DNA of 64,000 nucleotides from Clostridia bacterium (GCA_045541975.1 JAZQKB010000034.1:2490-66489); one strand, 5' to 3'. Positions 9,302-19,979 are shown, numbered from the stretch's first letter. Notes: a model not told the origin generated them from the letters alone. Translations and numbers: made by a program.

Positions 9302-9333
9302 GAAAAGTGCCGATTTGTTTTTTTATAATATAC

Positions 9334-9366
9334 AAAAAGGGCTACTCCCAAAGGAGCAGCCCTTTT
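9334..9366 (-). terminator. Rho-independent terminator of the S-layer gene
   Basis: gggctgctcc tttg ggagtagccc on the minus strand, followed by a T5 run. Confidence 0.75.
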
Positions 9367-9403
9367 ATCAGTTAGTTATTACAATCGAGTTGTAATCTCC
9401 AAA

Positions 9404-12259
9404 TTAGCCGTTAATGTCAACGATTAAGATTAATTTGGTTTCGCCGTCGTAGTTGTATACATATACAGCGTCGTCGTTGTCTAACTGAGAAGCATCGTTC
9501 CAGTCACCGGTAGATTTTTCAGTATCAACATCAGAGATGGAAGCTACTTTGATTTTGCCGCTAGTTACATCATAAACATAAGCGTTAGCAGCAGGATTGA
9601 AGGTGAAGTCAGTGATTAAAGCATCGTTTACACCGTAGAATCTGTCAGAACCGGATAAGGTAGATGCATAATCATCTGCCTGAACTAAGTTCATAGTTTT
9701 ACCTTTCAGGCTGTGTACTTTACCAGCGATACCAAAACCTTTTAAGGTTTCTGCATCGGTAGTACCAGCGGTGAAGAAGGTGTTCAGGTTAGCAGTGTTG
9801 AAGGTAGGAGCAAATTTGATGGTCTGTTTGGTACCATTCTGAAGTAATTTTTCATCATCAGCAGCGTGAGCGGAGTTGTCAACAACTTCGTAACCAGTAC
9901 CGTCAACGTATTTAGCTAAGATAGTAGCAGCGGTGATTTCGCCGTCAGCGTTGGTAGCGATCATAGCGATATCGTTAACACCTAATAAGGTCTTGCTTAC
10001 GCCTTCAGCGGTAACCAGTTCAACTTCTTCGCCGTCGATGTAACCAACTAATTTTGCTCTGTAGTCGTTAGCAACGGATACAGTAGAAACTTTGGTTACA
10101 ACTAAGGGGAAGCCACCCATGTTAACTTTGTCCATTTGCTGATACAGAACAACGAATTTAGCTTCTTTGTTGTCGTTGTATACTGCGAAGTAATCATAGG
10201 TTTCAGTTTCATCGAACATGTCGATAGAAGCAACAGCATATTCAGCTTTGGTGTTAAGACCGTAACCGTCTTTAGTAATTACTACAACAGTGTTTTCAGT
10301 GATGAAGTAATTATCTAATTTTTCGCGAGATTCATAGTAAGCTTTACCGGTCTGGTAATCAGCTTTGTCGTCGCCTCTTACGTTAGCAGAACCAAAGTTG
10401 CCAGCAGAAGCGATGTCGTACGCTTTGATTTCGCCTGCATTGTTTAAGCTGTAAGCAACGATATTGTCTGCAGCAAAGTCAGCAGCGAAAGTAGTAGCAT
10501 AAGCAGCAGCGGTGGTATCAACAGTGGTGTTTACTTTATCAGCTAAGTTTAAGGTAACGATTTCACCAGCGGTGGTTAATACCTGAACCTGATAGGTAGT
10601 ACCAAAGTCAGTAGCAACGTGGGTATCAATAACAACAGCGTAGTTTTTAACGCCTTCTGCTACATCGTAGCAAACGATCTTATCGCCGTATACGGTAGCG
10701 GTAATAGCATCACCAGGATTTAATAAGGTAGTAGAACCACTTTCAGGAATCAGCATAGTGTAGTCTGCATCGCCGATGGTATAGTAAACTTTACCATTTT
10801 CTTTGTAAGACTGAGATACAGTTCCTTCAATGGTATTTTTGGTGATAACGATTTCATAGTAGGTGTTGGTGCCATCATCAGATTTTGCAACAGCTGCAAC
10901 ATCACCAGCTTCGATATCTGCTAATTCTAATGCATTACCTTCAGCGTCAGTTAAAGACCAAGCAACGGTTTCAACTTCAGGATCTAACACGATAGTACCG
11001 GTGAAGGTGCTCTGTGCGTTAGCGTTGGTGGTTTCTTTCTGAATTTTGAAGGTTTTGGTGTTTACGGAACCAACAACGAAGATGCCGATGTTATCAACAA
11101 ATACGGTTTCATAAGTACCATCGTTATCGGTATCGGTGAATCTGTAAGCTACGTCGCCAGTGTTACCACCAACAGCAACGTCGCTCCAGCTACCAGCTAC
11201 TAAGTTTTTGTAAACTTTCATGCTGGTGGAATCGTTCAGAACTTTGATTTTGGTGTTTCTGTCGTCATCAGCGGTTTTTTTGTATTCAACATAATTATCG
11301 GTTGAAGAAATAGTAGCTTCCTGTAATAATGCAGGATCAACGGTGATTTCAACGTTTTTGCCAGCTTTAGCAACAACGGTAATCAGTTTCCATTCAGCCG
11401 CATCAGCTTTGTCGATAATAGCGGTAGCAGTTAAGCCCTGTAAACCGGTTAAATCAACACCGTTCATTTTAACAGTACCAGGAACGGTGAAAGGAACTTC
11501 ATCGTAATTAGCCTTAGCTACACGGTCCATTTTTAAAGGATTGATGGTAACGGTAGCATCAGTTTCAGTTTTGCTTAAAGGAACAACGTCAAATTTAACT
11601 TCAGCTTTGATTGCGCTCAGTTTGGTCCACAGGATAGACTGGGTAGCGATAGGTTCAAATTTTTCATCAGTACCCCAAGAAGTCTGGTCCATCATGGGAA
11701 CGGTCAGAGCGTTGTAGGTTAATCTTGCAACGGTAGATCTAGCTGCGCCGCCAGCGGTGTTAGCAGTACCAACGGTGATAGATTCCTGGTTAGCAATCAT
11801 CATGTAACCGGTGGGGTAACCGCCCAGAGACTGAGCTTTTCTTTCGTAACCTAATGCACGAACTAACATAGCAACAGCCTGTTCGTAGGTAACTTCTGCG
11901 GAAGGAGCGAAAGTACCATCGCCCATACCATTAACGATACCTAACTGAGAAGCGGTTGCAATGTAACCGGATGCCCAGTGATCAGCAGCAACGTCGGTGA
12001 AGTAGCCGCCAACCTGGTTAGCGCCTGCATCGCCCATGTCCAGAATTCTGCAAACGATTGCAGCATATTCTGCTCTAGTAATTTTGCCTTCAGGTTTGAA
12101 AGTGCCGTCTCCGTAACCAGTGATGATGTCGAGAGCGGACAGAACCTGAACAGCTTCAGCGTAGTTAGCAGTAGCAGCAACGTCGGTGAATGCGAAAGTC
12201 TGCATGCCGAACAGCATTACAACTGCTAATACTAAGGATAAAACTTTAGACAGTTTCAT
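9404..12259 (-). CDS. S-layer protein with N-terminal signal peptide and SLH domains
   Basis: Signal peptide MKLSKVLSLVLAVVMLFGMQTFA. Three SLH repeats (FTDV...ITGYGDGTFKPEGKITRAEYA etc.). A long Thr/Val/Asp/Ala-rich body, a strong RBS AGGAGG and highly-expressed-style codon usage. Confidence 0.85.
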   Translation of the reverse strand: MKLSKVLSLVLAVVMLFGMQTFAFTDVAATANYAEAVQVLSALDIITGYGDGTFKPEGKITRAEYAAIVCRILDMGDAGANQVGGYFTDVAADHWASGYIATASQLGIVNGMGDGTFAPSAEVTYEQAVAMLVRALGYERKAQSLGGYPTGYMMIANQESITVGTANTAGGAARSTVARLTYNALTVPMMDQTSWGTDEKFEPIATQSILWTKLSAIKAEVKFDVVPLSKTETDATVTINPLKMDRVAKANYDEVPFTVPGTVKMNGVDLTGLQGLTATAIIDKADAAEWKLITVVAKAGKNVEITVDPALLQEATISSTDNYVEYKKTADDDRNTKIKVLNDSTSMKVYKNLVAGSWSDVAVGGNTGDVAYRFTDTDNDGTYETVFVDNIGIFVVGSVNTKTFKIQKETTNANAQSTFTGTIVLDPEVETVAWSLTDAEGNALELADIEAGDVAAVAKSDDGTNTYYEIVITKNTIEGTVSQSYKENGKVYYTIGDADYTMLIPESGSTTLLNPGDAITATVYGDKIVCYDVAEGVKNYAVVIDTHVATDFGTTYQVQVLTTAGEIVTLNLADKVNTTVDTTAAAYATTFAADFAADNIVAYSLNNAGEIKAYDIASAGNFGSANVRGDDKADYQTGKAYYESREKLDNYFITENTVVVITKDGYGLNTKAEYAVASIDMFDETETYDYFAVYNDNKEAKFVVLYQQMDKVNMGGFPLVVTKVSTVSVANDYRAKLVGYIDGEEVELVTAEGVSKTLLGVNDIAMIATNADGEITAATILAKYVDGTGYEVVDNSAHAADDEKLLQNGTKQTIKFAPTFNTANLNTFFTAGTTDAETLKGFGIAGKVHSLKGKTMNLVQADDYASTLSGSDRFYGVNDALITDFTFNPAANAYVYDVTSGKIKVASISDVDTEKSTGDWNDASQLDNDDAVYVYNYDGETKLILIVDING

Positions 12260-12366
12260 TTGGATGTCCTCCTAAAAAATGATATATAATTTTTTTTTTA
12301 CGATTTTAGATGGGCTTTGAACCCAGTTGATAGAACAATCCCTTTACAGGGGTATCCTATGGTGTC

Positions 12367-12395
12367 ATTGTAGCAGATAAAAAACCGTTTGTCAA
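12367..12395 (-). promoter_or_regulatory. Sigma-A-type promoter of the S-layer gene
   Basis: Minus strand TTGACA - 17 nt - TACAAT. It would give a roughly 100-nt 5' UTR carrying hairpins ccctgtaaaggg and gggttcaaagccc. Confidence 0.55.
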
Positions 12396-12682
12396 TAAAA
12401 TCAATTTATATGTAACAAAGTTGTAAAATTTATGCATTACAGTAATATTTCGGTAACAAATCTGCAATTTTTCGGTAAAATCAAGAGGTTTTTCACTCTT
12501 TTTTCATTTTTTAGACGAAAAATACACGATTTTGTTCCCAAAACGCACCAAGGCAAAATATCAACCAATTGATTATACTCTGTTTTTTCAGATTTGTCAA
12601 GATATTTTTTGATTTTTTTATTTGTCCTCTGAAAATATGTCCCCCTATATATAATATATAATGTAATAGGGAATTTTTGTTC

Positions 12683-13564
12683 TCAGAGGGACATATTTTC
12701 TGCGTAACGAAGGTATTCCTCCTCCAATTTCCACCAGCTTGTCTGCCAGTTACAAAAAGCAGTATCTTCTTTGGGAGCACGGGAAAAAAGCCGTTGCACC
12801 GCAACTTTGGGAGAAAGTTCTCCCAAAAAGAGATACAAACGGTGAAAATATTCTTCCTTTGATATGATTTGGATTTCTCCACGCCGATACAGGTCATACA
12901 GTTTGGTTCCATAGGGAATGTGCAGAGAATGCAGTTTTACAGAATCGGTCTGCACTTCATTCATCAGTCTGGCAGCAGCCAGAACATCTTCCTCGGTGTC
13001 CCAGGGGAGATTTAAAATCAGATGGGTATCCAAATAAAAGCCGTGTTTCTTTACCAGCTTTGCTCCACGGATATAATCAGCCACGGTGTGTCCACGGTTG
13101 ATTGTTACCAGCGTGTTATCATTGGCAGACTGCAGTCCCAGTTCCACAAATACGTCCAGTCCCTTTGTCTTCACCTCATCCAATACCTCCAGATGTCCGC
13201 CGTCCAAACAGTCGGGACGGGTAGAAATGACCACACCCACAATGTCGTCCGCGTTGACCGCTTGGAAAAGATGCTGTCTGAAAATTTCCAGAGGCAGATA
13301 GGTTGCCGTAAAGTTCTGAAAATAGATGAGAAAACGGTTGGCATGATATTTTTTTCGGATATACGCCATATTGGCAGCAATTTGTTCCGAAATTCTGACA
13401 GTTGCATCGGGCAGTTCAAAGCCTGCCCCCACTTCGGAACAGAAAATACAGCCTCCCACCCCTTTGGTACCGTCCCGGTTGGGACAGGTACCGCCGGTGT
13501 TGACAGGTATCTTATACACTTTTTCACCGTAAATATTTCGTAGAAACTGAGAGTATTTTAGCAT
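12683..13564 (-). CDS. Radical SAM protein, TIGR01212-like family
   Basis: N-terminus YKIPVNTGGTCPNRDGTKGVGGCIFC, the Cys motif characteristic of this family. Confidence 0.8.
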   Translation of the reverse strand: MLKYSQFLRNIYGEKVYKIPVNTGGTCPNRDGTKGVGGCIFCSEVGAGFELPDATVRISEQIAANMAYIRKKYHANRFLIYFQNFTATYLPLEIFRQHLFQAVNADDIVGVVISTRPDCLDGGHLEVLDEVKTKGLDVFVELGLQSANDNTLVTINRGHTVADYIRGAKLVKKHGFYLDTHLILNLPWDTEEDVLAAARLMNEVQTDSVKLHSLHIPYGTKLYDLYRRGEIQIISKEEYFHRLYLFLGELSPKVAVQRLFSRAPKEDTAFCNWQTSWWKLEEEYLRYAENMSL

Positions 13565-13575
13565 AGTGCCTCCGG

Positions 13576-14610
13576 TTATGATAATAAAAAGTGGTAGGTT
13601 TTCTGATAGAACGGTTCTATGGCAGAATAATCGGTAACAGTCTGATAAACGGCTTCCATACGGTTATGGTGTTCTCTTGCCTCCGTGAAGCAAGCGATTC
13701 CCCGCCGAAGAAGTGCATCATACATTGCGGTAAGCTCACCGTCCCCTTTTTGATCACTGACAAAATCAGAAAAGGAAACAATTTCATCCGCTTTCGGATA
13801 GGTGTGATACTCATTGGATGTAACAACTGCCAGATTGGCAGAGGGAAAAATAAGATGTTCCGCCTTTTTCGGATTCATCGGGCAAGGACAGGTAATCAGG
13901 TCAGCATTCCGCAGTTTACAGGCAGTTGCCACCGTTTCCATAATGGGATGAGTGCTGTTCCCTACTTCTGACTCAATGGATATGACATAATAATCCTTCA
14001 GATTTTCCTGCAGATAATTGCGAAAGCCATCTGCAGTGATAGCAGAGAGAAATGCCGTCTTTCGGGAACCGTTTGACGAAAACTGAGAAATCCGTTTGGC
14101 AACATCTAAAGAAAACGTGCGAACTTCGTTTGCAAGCAAGGCAGATTCACTTCGTGTTTGCATCAGATTCAATAGTGCTTTGGCGCCATTTAAATAACAG
14201 TATCCCTCCAAAAAAGACCGTTTGGCAAGCTTGCTCTCGTTTGCCACGGTCTCTCCGTCTGCAATCGGGCCGATTAGGTCGCAGAAGTTTAGCACCGTGT
14301 CGTATGCACTGGGATAACGGGGATCTGTTAAGTGAGGGGCGGTTCCGTCAATCACGGCAGAATTATGCCGAGGCAGATAGACACCGTCTAAAGAGTTTGG
14401 GTCTGAAGAGCAGTGCAGATAAGTAACCGGTTCCCCCTCCTGTTCCAACCGACTGCCGAGCCGTTTTAAAAAGGTTGATTTCCCCGTACCGGGACCGCCT
14501 TTGATCACCGCCAGTTTTCCCGTGGAATTTTTATCTAAAATTTCATGATAATAACTAAAGAAGCCTTCCGGGGTATTTCCGCCCGGAAAATAATGATACA
14601 AAGACTGCAT
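13576..14610 (-). CDS. Uncharacterised P-loop ATPase
   Basis: Walker A GGPGTGKST. No other motif I can name. It recalls the conserved Firmicute hypothetical ATPases of about 350 aa. Confidence 0.5.
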   Translation of the reverse strand: MQSLYHYFPGGNTPEGFFSYYHEILDKNSTGKLAVIKGGPGTGKSTFLKRLGSRLEQEGEPVTYLHCSSDPNSLDGVYLPRHNSAVIDGTAPHLTDPRYPSAYDTVLNFCDLIGPIADGETVANESKLAKRSFLEGYCYLNGAKALLNLMQTRSESALLANEVRTFSLDVAKRISQFSSNGSRKTAFLSAITADGFRNYLQENLKDYYVISIESEVGNSTHPIMETVATACKLRNADLITCPCPMNPKKAEHLIFPSANLAVVTSNEYHTYPKADEIVSFSDFVSDQKGDGELTAMYDALLRRGIACFTEAREHHNRMEAVYQTVTDYSAIEPFYQKTYHFLLS

Positions 14611-14844
14611 AGAATTTCCTCCAAAGATTCTGATTGTTTGTTCTAACTTATTCTATGCAGGCTTTTTATTTGGGTGATGACTTCAAAAGCTAATTTGATT
14701 GTACCAACAGAAGATAGGCTTTGTCAAGAGGTATTTGTTTTTTCGGCAGATTTTGCCAGAATCTCCAATGGTATCCCAAAAAGAAAACAAATGAAACAAA
14801 GAATTCAAAATTTTTAAAAAAATCGAAAAATTCAAAAAAAAATG

Positions 14845-14873
14845 TTGACATCAGAAAAATTATATATTATAAT
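14845..14873 (+). promoter_or_regulatory. Consensus sigma-A promoter of rpsU
   Basis: TTGACA - 17 nt - TATAAT, preceded by a long A/T-rich UP-like tract. Confidence 0.65.
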
Positions 14874-14945
14874 AACACTTGTGAATTTATGATACAAAAT
14901 CTATCCGGCGTAACTGATTGCGTTTACGGGAGGAGGGACAGACCG

Positions 14946-15122
14946 ATGGCAGAAATCAGATTAAAAGATAACGAGTCTTTAGACAACGCTTTAAAAAGAT
15001 TTAAAAGACAGTGTGCAAAAGCAGGTGTTCTTTCTGAAATCAGAAAAAGAGAACATTATGTAAAACCCAGCGTTAAAAGAAAGAAAAAATCCGAAGAAGC
15101 AAGAAAAAGAAAATTTAAATAA
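14946..15122 (+). CDS. rpsU: 30S ribosomal protein S21
   Basis: [48 protein letters not shown], 58 aa, behind GGGAGGAGGG. The upstream part of the track ORF 14721-15122 is non-coding. Confidence 0.95.
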   Translation: MAEIRLKDNESLDNALKRFKRQCAKAGVLSEIRKREHYVKPSVKRKKKSEEARKRKFK

Positions 15123-15241
15123 GTTTTTTCTTTCATCCCTAATTCCACTAACCTATAGGAGCCACGCTCCTCATTATGTACCATTTCTCGCAGATGGTCA
15201 GTACGCTGATAATATCATAAATTAGCAGGATAGTGAATTAT

Positions 15242-15271
15242 AAAAGCAGTTCCTTTTGGAACTGCTTTTTT
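15242..15271. terminator. Bidirectional rho-independent terminator (rpsU / rsmI)
   Basis: aaaa gcagttcc tttt ggaactgc tttttt. Confidence 0.8.
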
Positions 15272-15274
15272 GTG

Positions 15275-16102
15275 TTAATCTTTATGAAAATAAGCATATA
15301 CTTCCCGTTTTGGAAGGTTGCGGTCTATGGCAATCTGCTTGATGGCATCCTTTCCCGAAAGTCCTTGTTTCTGATAAAATTCCATATGCTCTTCCAAGGA
15401 AAGTTCATTGAAACTGCTTTCCTCTTTGGTACCGCCTTCTACCACAATCACAAACTCACCCTTTATGGGATTGGTTTCAAAATGGGTAAGCACCTGGGGT
15501 AAGGTGCCACGGATATGCTCTTCAAATTTTTTGGTGATTTCTCTGGAAACCGAAACCCGACGGTCTTCCCCGAACACCTCGCGCATATCGGTCAATGTTT
15601 TTAAAAGACGGTGGGGTGCTTCGTAAAAAATCAGGGTTTCTTCCCGATGTTTCACCTGCTCCAATTCTTTTTTGCGGTCATTTTGTTTGGAGGATAAAAA
15701 TCCGATAAAGCTAAACTGTTTGGTAGAAAAACCGGATACCGTCAGCGCACAAACAAAGGCACAGGGACCGGGAACCGGAATCACATCAATGCCACGGCGA
15801 ATGCATTCCTCCACAATCGCCTCACCGGGGTCTGAAATCGCAGGAGTTCCAGCATCAGAGACTAATGCAATCGTTTCGCCATTCTCTAAATGACGAAGCA
15901 AAAGACTGCTACGCATAGCAGCATTATGCTCAAAATAGCTCACTAATTTCTTCTCTAATCCCAGTTTTTTCAGAAGAGAACCCGTTACACGGGTATCCTC
16001 TGCAGCCACAAGGTCTGCCTCTTCCAAAACTTCCCTGGCACGGGGAGATAAATCCCCCATGTTACCAATAGGGGTAGCAACAAGATATAACGTTCCCAAC
16101 AT
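15275..16102 (-). CDS. rsmI: 16S rRNA (cytidine1402-2'-O)-methyltransferase
   Basis: LYLVATPIGNMGDLSPRA N-terminus, a tetrapyrrole-methylase-fold pattern. Confidence 0.9.
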   Translation of the reverse strand: MLGTLYLVATPIGNMGDLSPRAREVLEEADLVAAEDTRVTGSLLKKLGLEKKLVSYFEHNAAMRSSLLLRHLENGETIALVSDAGTPAISDPGEAIVEECIRRGIDVIPVPGPCAFVCALTVSGFSTKQFSFIGFLSSKQNDRKKELEQVKHREETLIFYEAPHRLLKTLTDMREVFGEDRRVSVSREITKKFEEHIRGTLPQVLTHFETNPIKGEFVIVVEGGTKEESSFNELSLEEHMEFYQKQGLSGKDAIKQIAIDRNLPKREVYAYFHKD

Positions 16103-16103
16103 A

Positions 16104-16826
16104 TTAAAACTCCTGCATCAAGCGAAATTCTTCGGTCATTTTTCCGTTTTCGTCATAGAGCATTAAGGGTGGCAGACAATCCAGCCAAACACCGCCGTTT
16201 TTCACAGCCTCCACCAAAAATAATGCAGCATCTTTTTTGGGGTTGGAGTGCACCAAGCGTAAACGTTTCGGCTCCAGCCGATGTGCTCTGAGTCCGGCAA
16301 GAATCTCAGCCAGATTCTGCGCCCGTTGAATCAAGAAAAGCTTGCCCCCGTCCCGAAGAAGACGGTAAGCCTTGTCAAATAAAATACTGTGAGAAAACTG
16401 CTCGGTATGTCGGGCAGTTTTTAAGTTCTCATTTTGATTTAATTTCCCGCTCTTTTCCAAAAAATAAGGCGGATTTACAGTGATCGCATCTGCCATGATG
16501 CCGTCCGGCACCGAAAACTCAGCAATGTCGGTACAATAGAAATGACAATGTTCACCAATACCGTTATACTCTGCAGTTTTTCGGGATAATTCCGACATTA
16601 CGGAATCTATTTCCACAAAGTGAATCTCTTTCGGCTGATAATTCAAGTAGCAAAAAAATCCGACTGCTCCCGTTCCCGAGCAGATATCAAACAGAACATC
16701 CTTCTTTCCCATTCTGGCAAAACGGGAAAGGAGCACTGCATCAGTGCCAAATTTAAAGGAATCTTCCCGTTGGAAAACCGTAAACTGTTCATTAATTCTG
16801 GAAGCAATTTCTCTGTTTTCTGCCAA
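16104..16826 (-). CDS. SAM-dependent N6-adenine methyltransferase, tRNA1(Val) m6A37 (YfiC/TrmN6)-like
   Basis: DICSGTGAVG SAM motif and NPPY catalytic motif. TTG start behind GGGGAGA. Confidence 0.7.
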   Translation of the reverse strand: MAENREIASRINEQFTVFQREDSFKFGTDAVLLSRFARMGKKDVLFDICSGTGAVGFFCYLNYQPKEIHFVEIDSVMSELSRKTAEYNGIGEHCHFYCTDIAEFSVPDGIMADAITVNPPYFLEKSGKLNQNENLKTARHTEQFSHSILFDKAYRLLRDGGKLFLIQRAQNLAEILAGLRAHRLEPKRLRLVHSNPKKDAALFLVEAVKNGGVWLDCLPPLMLYDENGKMTEEFRLMQEF

Positions 16827-16891
16827 GTGAATCTCCCCTTACCACACTTTTGGAATCATGTCTGCCATGGCACGGAAGCTGCCTAAAATGA

Positions 16892-18739
16892 TTAGGAAAC
16901 TTTAGCCATCAACTTGATAATGAATATTAAAACCATTACAACCAGCGTGATAATCAACAAAATGCTAACGATCAAACCGGTGTAAGATTCCTGCTGATTG
17001 GTCAGAATAATACGGGGGCTGCTATATTCCTCAGGATTTTCTGTGTGAGTCAGATGCTCTAAGAGTGCCTGTCCTTCAGAACCGTAGTCTTCTTCCACTT
17101 CCCGTTCTAAAAATGCATCAAAACCAAGCTCTCCGGAGAAGACTCCGCTGGAAGATGCAAGCGAAATGGAGGTATAGCTATCTGCTAAATTCAGCTCTAC
17201 GCCGTTATCCAAACGGATTCCCATGACTCGTTTTCCGGGTTCATTGTTAAAGTTAACTTGCACAGTAAAACCGGAAATCTGCGGAAATTCTGTGGTGGCA
17301 GTGGCAGGATCAATGGTGCCGTCTTCCCTCAGCTCAATGTGATACAAACAACCCTCCAGAGCTGTTCTGAGCATTTTCGGGGTAACATTTTTCACCTGCA
17401 CAGTGTACTGATTAGGAAGTACCGCCAAAATAGTGGCTTTGGTGATTTCACCTTCCGGAATGCTGGCCTCAATACTGCCTGCATTTACCATTGCAACGGT
17501 TGCCATCGTTTTCTGACGGTATGCATCCGCAACAAAATTTCCAAGGGGGTCTGACTGATACAGCATAGAATAACTATACGGAATGGTGGTTTCTGCTCTG
17601 GCAATATCAGCGCCTAAAATCTCAGACTGACGATGGGCAATTTCATTTTCCAATGCAACTACCGCTTCATCCTGAGGCAGATTCAGAATCCCTTCATAGC
17701 TCCACTGTGTGGTGGATAGATTGGTAATTTTACGGTAGGCATCAAAATTGATGGTCAATTCGATTGCCTGTTTCCCGTTGAACCCAGGATTTAAAATCAA
17801 AGTATCACCAATCCATCTACCGGTTTCTTCCACATGGTCGTGGCCGTCTAAAACAAAATCAATGCCATTTACAAAGGCTGTCACCTGGTCTATAGTGGTG
17901 TTGCCTTCGTTACCAACATGGCTCAGCGCAATAATCACATCTGCGCCTTCGGCTTTCAGTTTATTCACACATTTCTGAGCGGTTCTGGCAGCATCTTCCA
18001 GATAAACATCTTCTAGATTCTGCAGGCTGGCATCCAACCGCAAATCAGGATTTAAAATGCTAAAAAAGCCAACATTGATGCCGTTCACATCTAAAATAAT
18101 GGTATCTCCTAACAAAGGCATTCTCTCTTTTGCATACGAAATATTGGAAGATAACATATGAAAACCGGCTTCAGTCTGCACTTTGCGCAGTGGTTCAATC
18201 CCGTTTTCCAAATCGGCTTCCCCGATCCCTGCCACACGGTATCCGGCTGCATTCATCAGAGAAAGCACATCGCTGATGGTTTCTTCGGTGGTAAACAAAT
18301 TGGAAGTCAGATAGTCACCGCCATCCACCAGGATACTGCCGGGAATGGAACGCTGAATGGCAGCAATACCGGAATATCCCAAAGTGCCACTGGTAGCATT
18401 CTGTTGAAAATGCCCGTGAATATCGGAAGTAAAAAGAATGGTAACGGTAGTACCGTTTTCCCCGATCACAGTCGGTGTGGGACTGGGCGTTGCTGCTACA
18501 GTAGCAGGTTCTGCAACCGCTGCAGGTTTGGAAGTTACTGCTGCAGGAGTATTTTCTACAACTGCTGTGGGACTGGGCGTTGCTACTGCAGAATCGGGTT
18601 CTACATCTGCGGGGGCTTCATTTACAACGGCATCCGTTGCGGGCTGAACTGGCTCTGCAGGACTTTCCACAGGCTGAGCAAACACACTTATGGTACATAA
18701 ACAAACAAGTAATAACAAAACCGTTAGTTTTTTCATCAT
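16892..18739 (-). CDS. Secreted, membrane-anchored bifunctional metallophosphatase / 5'-nucleotidase
   Basis: Signal peptide, Pro/Ala/Thr/Val-rich linker, metallophosphoesterase motifs (TSDIHGH, GDYL, SHVGNEG, DGHDH), a 5'-nucleotidase C-terminal domain and a C-terminal TM helix. Confidence 0.85.
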   Translation of the reverse strand: MMKKLTVLLLLVCLCTISVFAQPVESPAEPVQPATDAVVNEAPADVEPDSAVATPSPTAVVENTPAAVTSKPAAVAEPATVAATPSPTPTVIGENGTTVTILFTSDIHGHFQQNATSGTLGYSGIAAIQRSIPGSILVDGGDYLTSNLFTTEETISDVLSLMNAAGYRVAGIGEADLENGIEPLRKVQTEAGFHMLSSNISYAKERMPLLGDTIILDVNGINVGFFSILNPDLRLDASLQNLEDVYLEDAARTAQKCVNKLKAEGADVIIALSHVGNEGNTTIDQVTAFVNGIDFVLDGHDHVEETGRWIGDTLILNPGFNGKQAIELTINFDAYRKITNLSTTQWSYEGILNLPQDEAVVALENEIAHRQSEILGADIARAETTIPYSYSMLYQSDPLGNFVADAYRQKTMATVAMVNAGSIEASIPEGEITKATILAVLPNQYTVQVKNVTPKMLRTALEGCLYHIELREDGTIDPATATTEFPQISGFTVQVNFNNEPGKRVMGIRLDNGVELNLADSYTSISLASSSGVFSGELGFDAFLEREVEEDYGSEGQALLEHLTHTENPEEYSSPRIILTNQQESYTGLIVSILLIITLVVMVLIFIIKLMAKVS

Positions 18740-19821
18740 TTGGCATTTCCTTTCTCATGGTACTGATACGGAAACCGATACGGCAACTGCATCACAGAAG
18801 CGATTACCTTTGCCACCTCTGCACGGGTAGCTAATTTCAACGGTAAAAACTCGCCACTTTCATATCCGTTGACACAACCTGCCTGCTGCAGACTCTGAAT
18901 CGGGTCATAAGCATAGTTGGCAATTTGTGCAAAATCTAAAAACTCATATCGGGGACGTAGCCTTGCAACTGTGGACTGAGTCCGACGGTATGCCCGATAG
19001 ATCACCGCACACATTTCCTGACGGGTAACAAACTCATTCGGGGAAAATTCTCCCTCGTAAATCCATTGAAACAGTGAAAAATACTCTGCACAGCGTAAAG
19101 CGTCATAATACCAACTGTCTGCACTGACATCCGGATACTGACTTGTTTCATAAGAGTAACTATCGTCCAAAAAGGCCCTCGTTACCAGGTGGCAAAGCTC
19201 GGCACGGGTGATCGGACTCTCTGGCTGGAAAGTGCCGTCCGGATAGCCGGAAATATGACCGTTTTCTTTTAAGTACGAAATAGCAGGGATGACCCAGTCG
19301 TATCCTGCAAGATCCAAAAAAGGAGGAGCAGGGGTTGGTGTTGGCTCGGGAGTGGGTTCCGGCGTGGAAGAAGGTTCCGGTTCTTCTTCGGGACCATCAT
19401 CAGAAGGCGGAACATAAGCAATGTTATTCCCCATAACAGATAAAAAGAAAATTTCCATACTTTCGGGGACTCTTCCCGTTTCGGCAATATAGACCACTTC
19501 CTCTTGAAAAGCCTGGTCAAAGGTTACCATAACGGGCAAATATTTTTCCTGCTGGAAAATATATAAAAGCAATAAACTAAGAAAATAATTTTCTAGGGTT
19601 TCTCTGTCTTCCGGTTTCTGAAGCTTGTCTGCCTCTTCATCCAACACATTCATAAAGGAACGAGTCATTTCTTCGGAAAGGCCCCCATCTAAAAACCGCT
19701 CAATTAAACCGGGGTCCATGTTTAAAAGCACATCATAGGTGGAAACCTCACGGGCAAAGCAAACAAAGCCTTGCAACCATGTGATTACAAGTACCAATAA
19801 AAACGCAACGAAACGTTTCAC
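18736..19821 (-). CDS. SLH-domain cell-wall-associated protein
   Basis: Signal peptide, PEPTPEPTPTP linker and three C-terminal SLH repeats (ISGYPDGTFQPESPITRAELCHLV...). ATGA overlap with the downstream gene. Confidence 0.8.
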   Translation of the reverse strand: MKRFVAFLLVLVITWLQGFVCFAREVSTYDVLLNMDPGLIERFLDGGLSEEMTRSFMNVLDEEADKLQKPEDRETLENYFLSLLLLYIFQQEKYLPVMVTFDQAFQEEVVYIAETGRVPESMEIFFLSVMGNNIAYVPPSDDGPEEEPEPSSTPEPTPEPTPTPAPPFLDLAGYDWVIPAISYLKENGHISGYPDGTFQPESPITRAELCHLVTRAFLDDSYSYETSQYPDVSADSWYYDALRCAEYFSLFQWIYEGEFSPNEFVTRQEMCAVIYRAYRRTQSTVARLRPRYEFLDFAQIANYAYDPIQSLQQAGCVNGYESGEFLPLKLATRAEVAKVIASVMQLPYRFPYQYHEKGNAK

Positions 19822-19979
19822 TTCTCTGCCAGCTCCTTTCCAAAATGTGAGATTCCATCCAATTCTTATACATTCTATATTTTAATGTATTTTTGCAGTT
19901 TCGTCAAGGTTTTTTCGGAAATATTGTGAAAATTAATTGTGTAATTCTTGTGTTTTTCGGGGTTTTCTTCCAAAAAAGA

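Noticed and set aside
12631-12700. 13-bp inverted repeat (gaaaatatgtccc / gggacatattttc) spanning the 3' end of the radical SAM gene
   Set aside because: It has a large 44-nt loop and no U-run on the transcribed strand. It is probably a weak 3' stabilising structure and not distinctive enough to report.
12511-12912. 133-aa minus ORF in the spacer upstream of the S-layer promoter
   Set aside because: It overlaps the 3' end of the radical SAM gene in another frame and crosses AT-rich non-coding sequence, with no RBS.
13022-13543. 173-aa plus-strand ORF
   Set aside because: It is antisense to the well-supported radical SAM gene and has no motif or RBS.
15164-15178. Short motif acgctcctcattatg, resembling cgctcctaatgg (24370-24381, minus strand) and acgcctcattagg (39715-39727); also acgctcgtt...aaggtYSARtcc similarity between 4094-4123 and 39678-39702
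   Set aside because: These are 10-14-nt imperfect matches found by eye, and I cannot distinguish them from chance without a genome-wide count. They might be fragments of a dispersed repeat, but the evidence is too thin.
18158-18700. 180-aa and 69-aa plus-strand ORFs, plus an 18-nt exact repeat (gtgggactgggcgttgct at 18477 and 18567)
   Set aside because: The ORFs are antisense to the Pro/Ala/Thr/Val-rich linker of the 5'-nucleotidase gene. The repeat simply encodes a duplicated ATPSPT linker unit and is not an independent element.
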